DNA of 64,000 nucleotides from Macrostomum hystrix (lineage: Eukaryota > Animalia > Platyhelminthes), in contig CATNEN010000031.1 of NCBI GenBank assembly GCA_950097015.1, positions 2,666,001-2,730,000 on the forward strand. Direction: 5' to 3'. Of this stretch, positions 21,501 through 33,574 are shown piece by piece (within the stretch, counting starts at the first letter, position 1; every line of letters starts with the position of its first letter). The translations under genes were made by a program, and so were the position numbers. A model generated the notes under the pieces. That model searched no databases. It was not told the DNA's origin and saw nothing but the letters and a program-made list of their open reading frames with translations.

Positions 21501-24481
21501 GCAAGAGCATAAATTAAATATGTTGATGATTGATTCTGTATAATCAATGATTAAATCAAAGCTTGATTGATTTCGCCTTTAAAACTTTTTCATACTCGTA
21601 GAATTCTAAAAGCATTCGATTTGTAAGATGACAAAAATGCGATAAAAATTCAAACTGAAAATGATAATCAACACAAAGCAATGAGATAAAAAGAGCATTT
21701 AAAGCCAAAAGAAAATAACTAACTAGCCAGATAAGAGAGCTTGGAGTAAGCAATAAAGATAGTCTATAATGCTAGTCAGATAATTTGAACTTACTACTAT
21801 GCCGGTTCGATCTCCCCTGACAGTTGCAGTCTCTATCCCCTTCGCTGCAGCCGCCCCAATTCCTACCCCCATTCGCTACTATTAGATTCATCTAAAACTG
21901 AAATCCACCAAAGCCGCCCAGCATTTCTTATTCCTCTATCTATAGACTAGTCGCGCACAAAAAGCTTACCCTTCTAAAATATCCCAACAACTCCTCACTG
22001 GGGTGGTACGGCGGAGGGGGTGGGTGCGGGGACAGACAGGGTGGGAGTGTATTTCATTTTTCTTAACCCCCTACACTAACTCTCTTTTTTATATTTTCTT
22101 GCCGCAATCTACTCTCATGGGCCAATATTATCCCATTTCTTTAGCTTCAATTTCTGGCCCATAGGCACCCACATCCGCATGCATAGAGCCTCCCTAGGCC
22201 TTCTGCAACAGCACAGCATGAAGCAAAATGAGGATGTCTTCTGTGCTAAGCATTTCGGGGTAGCTAGCCTTAACCTGTCATTTTTTACTCTTATTACATT
22301 CATTTTAATCAGCGGAAATATTAATAAATTTTGATTTTGGGATGAAGGCATAAAATAGATAGTCTACGCTCGTAATATCAAAGGACACGCTATATGAAAC
22401 CTGGGTAAACCAAAGTGCAAACTTAATGAAACAAGAACTATGATTATACGAGTACTTATCTTGCGAAAGCTTTACTTGGCTTTCATGAGAAAACATGAGA
22501 AAACATGGCTTTCATGGGAAACATGACGTGAAACCCGTTCAGCCGGCAGTGTCTTTCTATTTTACTCATAATCACTCTAATCATACGATACGATACTAAA
22601 CAAGTAGACATGACATACTTGCGAATCTTAAGAATGATTGGCAATGAAAAAAACAAATAATCTTTTCCAGGCAGCAATGTTTACCGCCTATAAAACGCAC
22701 TCCATTCGAAGAAGAAAGTCTGTTAATAGTCCTAATTTTTATAAATCGTGCCTTCGTCAATAAAAATTTTTTTTCACAAGCCATTACAAACAGGATAAGA
22801 AACAAAACAAGAATAACCTATTTAAGAAACGAAATCATCTTACCTTGGCTTTAACTGATTTGTAATCAAATAAAAACTGACTTTTTGTGTAAGAAATAAA
22901 TTTCTTTAAATTGAAAAGTGTATAACTTTATTTTCTGCTTCACAAATTTTTTTTGAAAACAACTCGCTAAATGAACGACACAATTTGTAAGTCAAAATTG
23001 TGTCGGTGTTTTAATTTCCAGTTGATTTTTACTAGAGAAGTTATTATTATTCCAACTCTTTAACCCACAAGATGAAACACTGAGGGGACAGAGGGACAGG
23101 GCAGCAAAAATGGGGTGGTTGTCTAGGGTTTCGAAGCGGTCAGTAAAGAGGGAGGGGCGGGCAGAGAGACGAGAGTACACACGGACACGAAGTAGTGGGG
23201 TTGTCAGCCATAATGAGCTGGTCCTTATGCCTGGGACAGACTTTTTTAAATGCAGGAATGACGACTGCGGAGGGTGGGTTGGTACCAGCTGACCATATTT
23301 TAGACACAACCCACAGCCCTCTCTCCCTCATAGCCCACCACCTCATGCAGATTTGGTGCGTCAGTAAAAAGTGGGGTGGCCGGCTTGCAAATAGGAAAGT
23401 AAAAAAATATATAGGGTAGTTCAATACACAGAAACTCTCTCTCACTCTGCCCCAGTATACAGACATTTTACACAGGCTTGTAGAGCCGTTATTATTATAG
23501 TTCAGGTTTAGGGGCGAAAAATGCTAAAATAAAAAACCTAACCCAGAAGAAATCGTCTTACAATTTACATTCTCTGCTAGTCTGTATCCGATTGTACCTC
23601 TTGGTAACTATCTGCCTAGCCTAGTGTGGCCCATGCAGAACATGCATAGAGATTGCACGCGTATTTAATGTCATATATGCTTTTGCCTAATTGTAAGTCA
23701 TGGCGCAAAGCGAAGCGTCTTTAGTAAAAAAAATTGCTGCAAAAATAACACAACTGCAGGAGGAAAGAACTTTTAAGTTTCTGCAAAGTTTCTGGTTCTT
23801 AAAAATTTGACATTTAATGTAAAGAAGCAAAAGCCATTGAAGTATTCAGAAAACAACAATACAACAGTAGAAAATGACACAATCACCAAATACGAATAAT
23901 ATATAATACCTTCAAAATGCAGGTGCGACGCAAAAGATAATACGAGTACATTAGTCGGACTAAGACAAACAAAGTAAAAAATATCAAACGAACAGGAATG
24001 CAGTAGCAGTCGCAGCTAGCATAAAAAAGTAATAAAAAATGGCCGAATTTTCGACAATTCTATTTTAAAACAATTTTAATTGAGCTGTTTCCTTCATACT
24101 GTATCTCGTTACTGTAAGTAGAGACGAACGAGTGCAGCAAACAAAAATGTCATAAAAGTCACGAGATGCAATCAGCTCAAACAGAACACAACTGCATGAT
24201 CGATTTCAGATAGGCTTCTTTGCAGCTGAAAAGAAAGTATCATTTATAATGATATTTAGATGCTTTCATGAAAAAAATTGTTACTGAAATTACATTTGGG
24301 TAATTGGGAATTGGATGACAATTGGGAATCATTTAGGAAAATCAAATCATTCTATGTTTTTTCCTAAAACCGAAGCGCAGCATGTTTTTGATCCAGAACA
24401 CTAACTACTATTTAGGCCTATGGTTGTTTTTTTATAGAAAATTTTTTAGCCAAATTTTCTTGTCATTTTTGGTCATTTTTG

Positions 24482-25720
24482 GTGAAGACCTGACAGAATT
24501 ACAAAAAGGCCTCAACAAAGTAGCAGATTTTTGCAATACTCATAAATTAGAAATAAACACTGAGAAGACAAAGCTTCTGAGCTGCAATCTCCACTCAAGG
24601 GCAACACATAGACAGTTTTTACATGGTCAACTGGTTGAACCCGTACAGCAGTGGAAATATCTTGGGTTTCACATGTACGTGAAGGGTACAATAGATACTC
24701 ATGCCATAGAACTAGGTAAAAAAAGTGGATATCCAATAATGCTTCTGAGAAAGTTGGCGGGATTTCAGAGATTAAAACACAAACAGCTCATCCTGTTTAG
24801 CACAACTATGATTGAAAGCATAGTTCTCTATGCATCAGAGGCCTGGGGAGCTTTTGTCTCCTGGAAACTGGGTACTTGGGATCGGAACCTTATAGAGAGA
24901 ATTAATTTTAGAATCTGCAAGTCGATTCTGCAAGTTAGTCCAAACACTGACAGCAATGGTGCTTGGTCCGAATTAGGAAGACTACCACTATTATATAGTA
25001 TTCAAAAAAGAAGCCTTCAATACTGGTCCTCAGTTCGGAGCCAACCAGACTCCATCATCGCGAAATTGGTGGCAGATACAGAATACAGCGATGTTGGCAT
25101 TGGGGAAAAATGAATAGTGAAGTAATGCGGAATTGTCAACAGACTAGAAAAACAAAGTCCATCAAAACGCACAGAGAGAATTTTGAGTCAGAGTTTCGAA
25201 GGCACTGGACTCAGAGGATGGGAAAATCAGCCAAGCTCAGCCACTTCTATTACACGTTTAAGAAAGATTTCTCCCGAGAAAAGTACCTAACAATAATCTC
25301 TAACCCAGAAAAAAAGGGGCACAATGTCCCGATTTTGTCTAGGAAACCACAAACTGGCCTGTGAGACATTGGGCACTGTAAGACCGAAAATTGCCTATGA
25401 AAACAGAACATGCCCAAAATGTAGAGTCGAGGTAGAGAACGAAACTCATATTCTCTTTAGATGCGATTGGTCCATTTATGTTCCAATTAGAAATAAATTC
25501 ATAGAGAAAGTAGCAGGTACTGTTCGAAATTTCGAAAGCCCAACAGCTGATGACAAAATTGTGTATTAATTATTTTTGTGTAAGAATTAACAGAAAGTTT
25601 TGTGGACTTCATAGAAAGCATAATTAAAGCTAGATAAAAAGCCACTGCCCTGAGGCCCATAGTTAGAATGCAAAAACACAATAGCTATTCTCCTTTCAGT
25701 CAGTTTTAATTTTCCCTGTA
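24482..25720 (+). pseudogene. 5'-truncated, disrupted non-LTR retrotransposon (LINE) RT C-terminus plus CCHC-like tail
   Basis: EDLTELQKGLNKVADFC...INTEKTK...WKYLGF (post-YADD RT), then RFCLGNHKL...RTCPKC...ENETHILFRC across stops/frameshifts at ~25110 and ~25324. 3' end approximate. Confidence 0.85.
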
Positions 25721-26204
25721 AATTTAAATATTTCATTTCTTGTTTTAATGCCTTTGTTTATTTCAAAAATTGGCTTTTTTTTCAAGTATTTTAATAACCT
25801 AAAATTATGCATGCTACTGTTTTCCTATCGCCTTCTCTTTTAAAAAATCGATTTGTTTAACCTCAAACATAAAATAAACAAAAAAATCAGCACCCAATCG
25901 GCGTGCGCACCTCAATAATAATAATAATAATAATTGTTAATTTCTATTTAGTGATAAAGAATTCTACTATGATGCAAAGTGTAAGTCATTTAAGTAAATG
26001 TATTTAGAGCTTCTATTGCAACATTAAGTAAAATCTATCAATGTTGTCTTTTTATTCTTTGAACTACACTTGCATAATAATTTTTTTTAAAACAATTGAG
26101 CATTTGCCAAATCAACAAGATAGGGTAAAAAAACCTATAGCCATACCTAAGCATTAGTAGTATAACAGGTAAAAAGTAATGAAATTGTCTTGTTGACTAA
26201 AAAT

Positions 26205-26530
26205 GCGGCTAAGAGGATGAGTGGTTGAGTGGGCAAATGCATCTACATCTTGCACCAAGATATGTAAGCTTGATTCTGTGGCAAGGCCCCATTTTTTAGG
26301 GCAAAGATATGGAATAGAATGCTTAGGAGATGTCACCCTAGAGGGCCAACCTCTTAGGCACAGTGAAAGTGTACACTGCCTAATAGTATAAAAAAGTCAG
26401 GTGTACACATCTGTGTGCGAGTGCTTACATATGGTATCTGTGGTCATTGTGTGAATAAGCTCAGAAGTCAGTAAATAGGCAGAATCGCCTCCTCATTTGT
26501 TATAGTTTGTGTCACCAAATAATATGCAAT
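26205..26530 (+). mobile_element. SINE family 2, old diverged copy
   Basis: Aligns by eye to 59600-59895 (AAGCTTGATTCTGTGGCAAGGC, GGCCAACCTC, TGTACACATCTGTGTG, GAATCGCCTCCTC, GTGTCACCAAAT). Confidence 0.6.
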
Positions 26531-26820
26531 TAGAGCAGTGCAGGAAAGTTAGAAAGTTTATAAAACTAGATAACATGAAGTGAAAGTTTTAAACTTAATA
26601 TTAAATTTTTGTATTTAGTCATTTTTTACAAAATTGAAACTAGATAAGTAAAAAAGCAAAGGTTAGGCCTAGCAAAGTGTAGGTATGTGGCTCAAACTTT
26701 TTGTTCTATTTGGAGTTGGCAGTTATAGAATTGTGTTGCATGCCCAACTACTTGTTAATTCCTAACTTTGTAGCCACGTGAAATAAAACACCTAGACTCT
26801 ATTATTGGACTAGCTGCATT

Positions 26821-27313
26821 GGTCCTAGGTCATTATGGTGACAAGACATTTTGGTGACAGTCATTTCGGTGACAACTCAAGTCATTTCAGTGACACAATT
26901 GGTCAGATTGGTGACAACTATTTTTGCACCTAAATATGCTAAAAAACAGCCTTCCATTCTAACTATGCACATATATAAAATATTAATTAACTAATGCTAA
27001 AAGTATTAATAAGAAGCTGCATCACTCTGATTAAGTCTGGGTTTTACTTTAAATGAGTTAAATTATTAAATTATTTAATGAGTAGTCAATAGTTTCAATA
27101 GTTATTTGTTCCTAATTAAATGTGTAGGCCTATAATAATCATTTTTCAAGTTTTGGATTGACAAGGCGAGTGCAGGCTTTAAGCAGCTGCTCAATCGTGG
27201 AAGGCTGTTTTCTCAGCATATTTAGGTGCAAAAATAGTTGTCACCCAACTGACCAATTCTGTCACCGAAATGACTGCTACCAAAATGTTTTGACACCGAA
27301 ATGACCTGGGACC
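26821..27313. mobile_element. MITE with long modular TIRs (~115-135 bp) and 8-bp TSD
   Basis: Left arm 26821-26956 is the reverse complement of right arm 27198-27313; termini GGTCC...GGACC; TSD GCTGCATT at 26813-26820 and 27314-27321. Confidence 0.9.
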
Positions 27314-27469
27314 GCTGCATTCTATAGGACTGACGTGCAATAATAACAAAATCCAGCTTTAATAGCAAGTACTAGGCCTAATTGGGACAAATACATAAGA
27401 ATGAAACACAAAAAACATTATTTCATTGCTTTTAGTTTATTATTTTTTTACCTAATTCCAATTTGCAAG

Positions 27470-27637
27470 CAGCAGCGTAGCAAGGGGGTATCAGTGTATC
27501 GGCTGATATCCCCAAAATTTGATGTCTCAAATTTTTAGCATTCAGTTTCTTTGAAAGAAATGAATTAATTTTTTTTATTCTGGATACACTGGATAGAACC
27601 AAAACAGATATCCCAAAAAATCCTGGCTACACCCCTG
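27470..27637. mobile_element. Small hAT-type MITE (168 bp)
   Basis: Imperfect TIRs CAGCAGCGTAGCAAGG / CCTGGCTACACCCCTG; exact 8-bp TSD TTTGCAAG at 27462-27469 and 27638-27645. Confidence 0.8.
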
Positions 27638-29816
27638 TTTGCAAGGTGACACAAGCTTCTGGCTTGTTCTTATAGCTAGGCCTAGCAAAATGAGGTCTGA
27701 ATGTTGTTTATATTTATTTTTCTTTGATTTTTGATTTATGGCCTACTTAATAACCAAAAACCTCACCATGGGTACACAGAATCAAACAGACCTAAGTCAT
27801 TATCTGGATATGATGATTTAGAATATGACAATCTAGGTTAAAGCCACAAATTAAATTTTTAATTTAAATTTTCAGTTACTCTTAAATCATCACTACCTTG
27901 TCACACATAGGCCTATCTCACATTATTGCATAAAAATCCTTAAAACTTCTTCAAAATCCTATACAAAACTAAGATTAGGCCAAGATAACTTAAAAAACAA
28001 AAAGTTGATTAAGTTTCATTCTGGGCTTTTGTGCATTATTTTATTTGGCACTCTGAATTTGGAATTTGGTACTAGAGTGTCAGAATAGCACTTTGTAGTT
28101 ATAAATTTGGTCCACAAAATTAAATGAGTATTTATATAAAAAGTACGACTGTTTCAAAAGTTTTTTACGAATATAAAAAACATGATTAATTGACTTTGAC
28201 TTTGACTTGACTGATGTCGATGGGTGATGTCTGATAAAAATTCTAAAAAAGTTTGCATTTAACAAAAAATGGATGGGCGCAAAGTTTCAACCAAGATGTC
28301 ATGCCAAATCGACGAAAAACTTTTGGTTGAGTCATAGCATGCACACCATTCGCAATCGCATGTAATTTTATTGTATGGGGCCCGGAGACTCGACAGTTTA
28401 ACATTTACTTGAATCGCCGCAAAATTTTTGTAGGTTTTTGTGTTAGGAAAACAAATTACTTAGCAATTTCTTTATTTTGCTTCAAAAGAGCTGTAAAGTT
28501 TTTTTACAAATTTACATTTTTATTTTTACTAAATATGCTTTGCGAAAATACTCTGTCTTGCACGTGCTCTATCGGAATTTTTGGTTTCCTCAAAAGTCTT
28601 AGGATATTGACAAATTCTACAGGGCTTCAATCCAGTTTATACCACTCTTATTGCATTTTTATAGTGCAGCAAGTTAGCAACAAAAAATCTTTGCGAGCCT
28701 CGTTATTGCAGTGCATAGAAGAAGGGGTATCCAAGTCGGTACAGCTGTATTAAAAATGTATAAAAGTAAAAAGTATAGTTGCGTGTTAGACGATTTAAAT
28801 GTTATACAGGTCTGTAAACCAAAAAATACTCGTATATTTCAAGGATCAGTCCGTCTACTCTTAAACTTTCTGATTGTTGATCTATGACATTCGCGGATCA
28901 ATTCAACAAAGCAGCTATTTTGAAAGCATGAAAATATTTGATGGACAAATCTGGAATTCATTGAAATACTCAATAAAATAAACCCCTGTCAAGTAATTTA
29001 GATTAGAATCTGGGGCGATTCAAGGCTTATTTCGGGTGCAGCCGCGGCGAAAATTAAGGCTTGATGCTTGTGGTGAGAGTGAGCCGCATGTGTATCAGGG
29101 TGCGATTATGTGCCATGCCCAGTGACCACTGGGCAGGGTGCGATTGCATCAGGATCCACCATGCCCAAGCTACAAATATGTTTGCTATAAAGACAGCTTT
29201 CAAGACAACATTTGAATAGGCCATGTGTATAAATGATCAACTTGCCATATCGAACTATGCATAGCCTGAGATAGACAGGCTAATAACAACAAATAATTGG
29301 GTCCGTGAGCGCACTCGACAAGGAATTAAGATATGGCAAATCGAGCTATATTACTTGCATTTGACTGTCATTGTTCGATCGCTGTCAACTCGCCGTCAAC
29401 CCACTGGATAAAAGCTGGGCGATGAGAATTATGCTGCTATTCTTTGTTGTAGAATTACTGCCTAAATAATATATTTAGTTTAGAATTATAATAATGCCTG
29501 ATAAACTTTAAGCCGGATACAGACCCTGAGTCAGACAATCGACCTGGGGAATTTAGATAAGGTATATCCCATTCTAAGACACCCATTGTTCACCTGGAAT
29601 TTACTGAAATTTCATGGCTTTTAAAAAGAGCTCTGTGCCAAAGGGGCTTAAGAGGGGATTTCGCGGGAGTCCTTGTTGGGGGCGCAACCCACCCCACCTC
29701 CAAGGCCCAGTGAATACATATAATATCAAAGCCAGCAGGAGCAGAAATGCGAGAGATTTATATTTGAGCTGGCAAAATACTAAAGAAGGCCATAGAACAT
29801 CGCCCCTGCTGCAACC

Positions 29817-30350
29817 ATGATTTCTGATAGCATCGAAGCGGGCAGTAACAAGCAGCAGCAGCAGCAGCAGCGGGCTCTGCCATCCACCTGCGTGGCAGTG
29901 CTGGAGGCCTGGACCGCGCACGCCAGCCTCCGCCGGTATCCGACTCGCACGGAGAGGCTGTTCCTGGCTCAGGTGACCGGCCTGACGGTTAAGCAGGTCA
30001 CCACCTGGCTTAACAACCGGCGGCATCGCACCGGCCAGGCCCGGCCAATCCAGAGGCGTCGGCGAGCTCCGCAGCCGCCGGAGATGACGTCTTCGCCGAT
30101 TGCCTCGCAGACGGGCGAGGCACTCCTGCAGCGATTCGATGCCACGGCGGAGACGTCGCCGACGATGACAACTGGTGAGCTAACTTGGAGCGGCACCTGC
30201 GGCACCTGCTGCTGCTGCTGCTGCAGCAGTTGGCCAACGCGACAAGAACCAGCCGCCCAGCTGCCTGCCGTCATGTCTGAGCCGGTGCCAGCAGAAGTTG
30301 TGGACTTTGTCTTGGATTATCTGCCCGCTGAGTCCAAGGCTCATGTCTGA
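29817..30350 (+). CDS. Divergent TALE-class homeodomain protein (177 aa, apparently single exon)
   Basis: GCAACCATG start; RALPSTCVAVLEAWTAHASLRRYPTRTERLFLAQVTGLTVKQVTTWLNNRRHR has 8 residues between W and YP (three-aa loop extension) and W48/N51/R53; AATAAA at ~30545. Confidence 0.85.
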   Translation: MISDSIEAGSNKQQQQQQRALPSTCVAVLEAWTAHASLRRYPTRTERLFLAQVTGLTVKQVTTWLNNRRHRTGQARPIQRRRRAPQPPEMTSSPIASQTGEALLQRFDATAETSPTMTTGELTWSGTCGTCCCCCCSSWPTRQEPAAQLPAVMSEPVPAEVVDFVLDYLPAESKAHV

Positions 30351-30914
30351 CATCTCAGAGCAATGACTGCAACTGCAGCCTATCATTTGTACATATTTCG
30401 ATGCTAATTTTAAAGCTACTTGTAGTAATATAACCTTACTTTTTGTAATATACGCCAGCTCGTAATTTCTATACTTTCTTATAAAATTGTGTGCTGTGAA
30501 GGAAAGATTACAAATCAATGCATACTAAATATAATATATATACAAATAAACGCATTTTGCGCCGATAGAGCTGATTTTGTGTCAAAAAGCATATGAATTC
30601 TCGAAAACTTTTCAAACAAAGTTTGACTATAATTAGTGTACAAACATCACGAGTACGGAAGATAAGACTTAAAGAAAATCAGTATATACAAGCAAGAACT
30701 CATTAAAAAAAGCATTTCCCCCAGCAGAAAACACCAGATCTAAATACTTTTTTTTGGAATTGCTTATAGGAACGAATTCATGCTTAAACAAGGCAATGCA
30801 AGAAAAACAAGATTTTGCACAGTTGGCTGTGTTTGCATCTAAATCTTGAGATAAGAGCTTTCCGTTTCTTGTTTTACTTACAACTTGCAAATTTTCAAAC
30901 ACAAACACAAAAAT

Positions 30915-31300
30915 ACTACCTGTCCTCTCTCCTGTGTCTACCTCTCCCCTGTCTACCTCTCCACTGTCTACCTCCTCTCCCCTGTCTACCACTCCCCTGT
31001 CTTCCTCTCCCTATCTACTTCTCTCCTCTCCCTGTCTACTTCTTCCCTCTCCCCTATCTACTTCTCTCCTCTCCCCTGTCTACTTCTGCCCTCTCCCCCA
31101 TCTACTTCTTCCCTCTCCCCTATCTACTTCTCTCCTCTCCCCTATCTTCATCTCTCCTCTCCCCTGTCTACTTCTCTTCCCTGTATACTTCTCCCCTCAC
31201 CCCATCTACTTCTCCCTCTCCCAATCTACTTCTCCCCTCTCCACTGTCTACTTCTCCCCTCTCCCCTATCTACTTATCCCCTCTCCCCTGTCAACTTGTC
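30915..31300. repeat. CT-rich degenerate tandem repeat
   Basis: Repeated CTACTTCTCTCCTCTCCCCT(G/A)T units. Confidence 0.85.
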
Positions 31301-31819
31301 CCTCTTTTCTGTCTCCCTTTTCCTTACCGCGGCCTCACTCTGTCCCTAACTCCCAGTTTTCCGTTTTCCTACCTCTATCTCTTCACCCGTCCCTCTGTCA
31401 GCCGCTTTCTCTCACGGAACGGCGCGAGGTCCTTTTGCATGATTCGAAAAAAACATTCAAAACATTAGCGACGATGAAAACCTAAAATTTTCCGGTTTTT
31501 GCTTTCCACCGCCGCCAGTCGTGGGATTCGTCTCTCTGCCAATCATGCGCACTATTTCACTCGAATTGTCTCCTTTTCCAGCTTTTGTCATCAAAAAATA
31601 TTATTCGAAAATATGAGCAGCCTAATCTACAGACAAGTTTCTTCGCTCTGACTTTACTTTATGCATCTCCGGCTCCGTATGCTTGCCCAACTGTACCCAC
31701 TTGCGCCTATCTAGCCTTTCCAACTCTTCAACTCCTCTGTTACTAGCCAAATATCAGGCGCTAAATAAGTATTTTTTATCTCTATCTTAAAAATCCTTGC
31801 TTCAATGTCGCACCTCTCA

Positions 31820-32610
31820 CAAATCTGAATCCCAATCCTTCTCTTCTCTTCTCTAATCTGAATCCCAATCCTTCTCTTCTCTTCTCCAACCTGAATCCCA
31901 ATCCTTCTTTTCTCTTCTCCAACCTGAATCCCAATCCTTCTCTTCTCTTCTCCAACCTGAATCCCAATCCTTCTCTTCTCTTCTCCAACCTGAATCCCAA
32001 TCCTTCTTTTCTCTTCTCCAACCTGAATCCCAATCCTTCTCTTCTCTTCTCCAACCTGAACCCCAATCCTTCTATTCTCTTCTCCAACCTGAATCCCAAT
32101 CCTTCTCTTCTCTTCTCCAACCTGAATCCCAATCCTTTTCTTCTCTTCTCCAACCTGAATCCCAATCCTTTTCTTCACTTCTCCAGCCTGAATCCCAATC
32201 CTTTTCTTCTCTTCTCCAACCTGAATCCCAATCCTTCTCTTCTCTTCTCCAACCTGAATCCCAATCCTTTTCTTCTCTTCTCCAACCTGAATCCCAATCC
32301 TTCTATTCTCTTCTCCAACCTGAATCCCAATCCTTCTCTTCTCTTCTCCAACCTGAATCCCAATCCTTCTCTTCTCTTCTCCAACCTGAATCCCAATCCT
32401 TCTCTTCTCTTCTCCAACCTGAATCCCAATCCTTCTCTTCTCTTCTCCAACCTGAATCCCAATCCTTTTCTTCTCTTCTCCAACCTGAATCCCAATCCTT
32501 CTATTCTCTTCTCCAACCTGAATCCCAATCCTTCTCTTCTCTTCTCCAACCTGAATCCCAATCCTTTTCTTCTCTTCTCGAACCTGAATCCCAATTCTTT
32601 TCTTCACTTC
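31820..32610. repeat. 33-bp satellite (CCAACCTGAATCCCAATCCTTCTCTTCTCTTCT)n
   Basis: About 24 units; same family as 33575-40790. Confidence 0.95.
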
Positions 32611-33574
32611 TATATTAACAATAGAGTAAATGAATGTGAGCGAATGGACAATTATTTAATTTGTAATCATCAGTCTCGTGAGTCTCTCTTTCGTGTCATG
32701 AATCGCTCACACCCCCTGTGTCAAGTGAGTGGTAGTTTCGCATGCACAATTTGCATTATTACTGGCATCCTCAACGTGCCGAGACTTAAGAACTCAGTCA
32801 GTGGCATTAAGGCTTTTTTAAGCGCCGGGATATTGTGGGCCGAATTCAAAGCCCCATTTAATACCATTGTTTAATTGCGACTTTACCAAACTAGTTCCTT
32901 ATCGATTGGAGGCCAAAAAAAGACTTCATAAGGAATTCACAGTGGGGACTTTATCCCCCATAGCTGCAGTACAGAGAATAAAAAATCTAAGCAATCAAGG
33001 CTGCAAAAGTACAGCTGCACCTGGGACCAATCGCTGTGGGACAGCTTAATGGGGCCGGGACTTAAAGAGATCAAAATCGAATCCACAAAGGGCCCACAAT
33101 TCTCGGAGGTAATAAAATATGAATTCGATTTCTTGCAATTCTGGGATCTGGGATTCTGGCCTGGTCGGTCGATAATTCGTTACAGTCGGTTTTCTAAAGC
33201 GGAAAAATATCCCATTCTGAGTGCCGGGAAACTGCACTGAATCCATCACTATAATCCTCCGTTCTCCACCAAAATGAGCTGTTGTCATGTCAGAACAATG
33301 GCGTGAGCACAAGCTCGTCACCGATGGGATCGCACAGCTCAGTGCACGCCATTTTCAGTGATTTTTTAAAAAACTGTCAGTTGTCCCACCTCAGTTTAAC
33401 AATAGAGCAATAGGACGTGAGATAAAAATGCATGAGATATTTATTTTCTCAAAACGTGGTAGTTTTGTCTAAACAATTTATTACAAAAATGTTTTCCCAA
33501 AAATATTAATTCTGTTAACAGTATTCCAGTTAGCTAAATAATAAATATACAGTTTCTACTCCAAAATGACTCCC

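Noticed and set aside
30175-30229. Possible short intron (GTGAGC...CAG) in the TALE gene removing the poly-Cys run
   Set aside because: Both candidate acceptors shift the frame and lose the plausible EVVDFVLDYL terminus; no evidence without cDNA.
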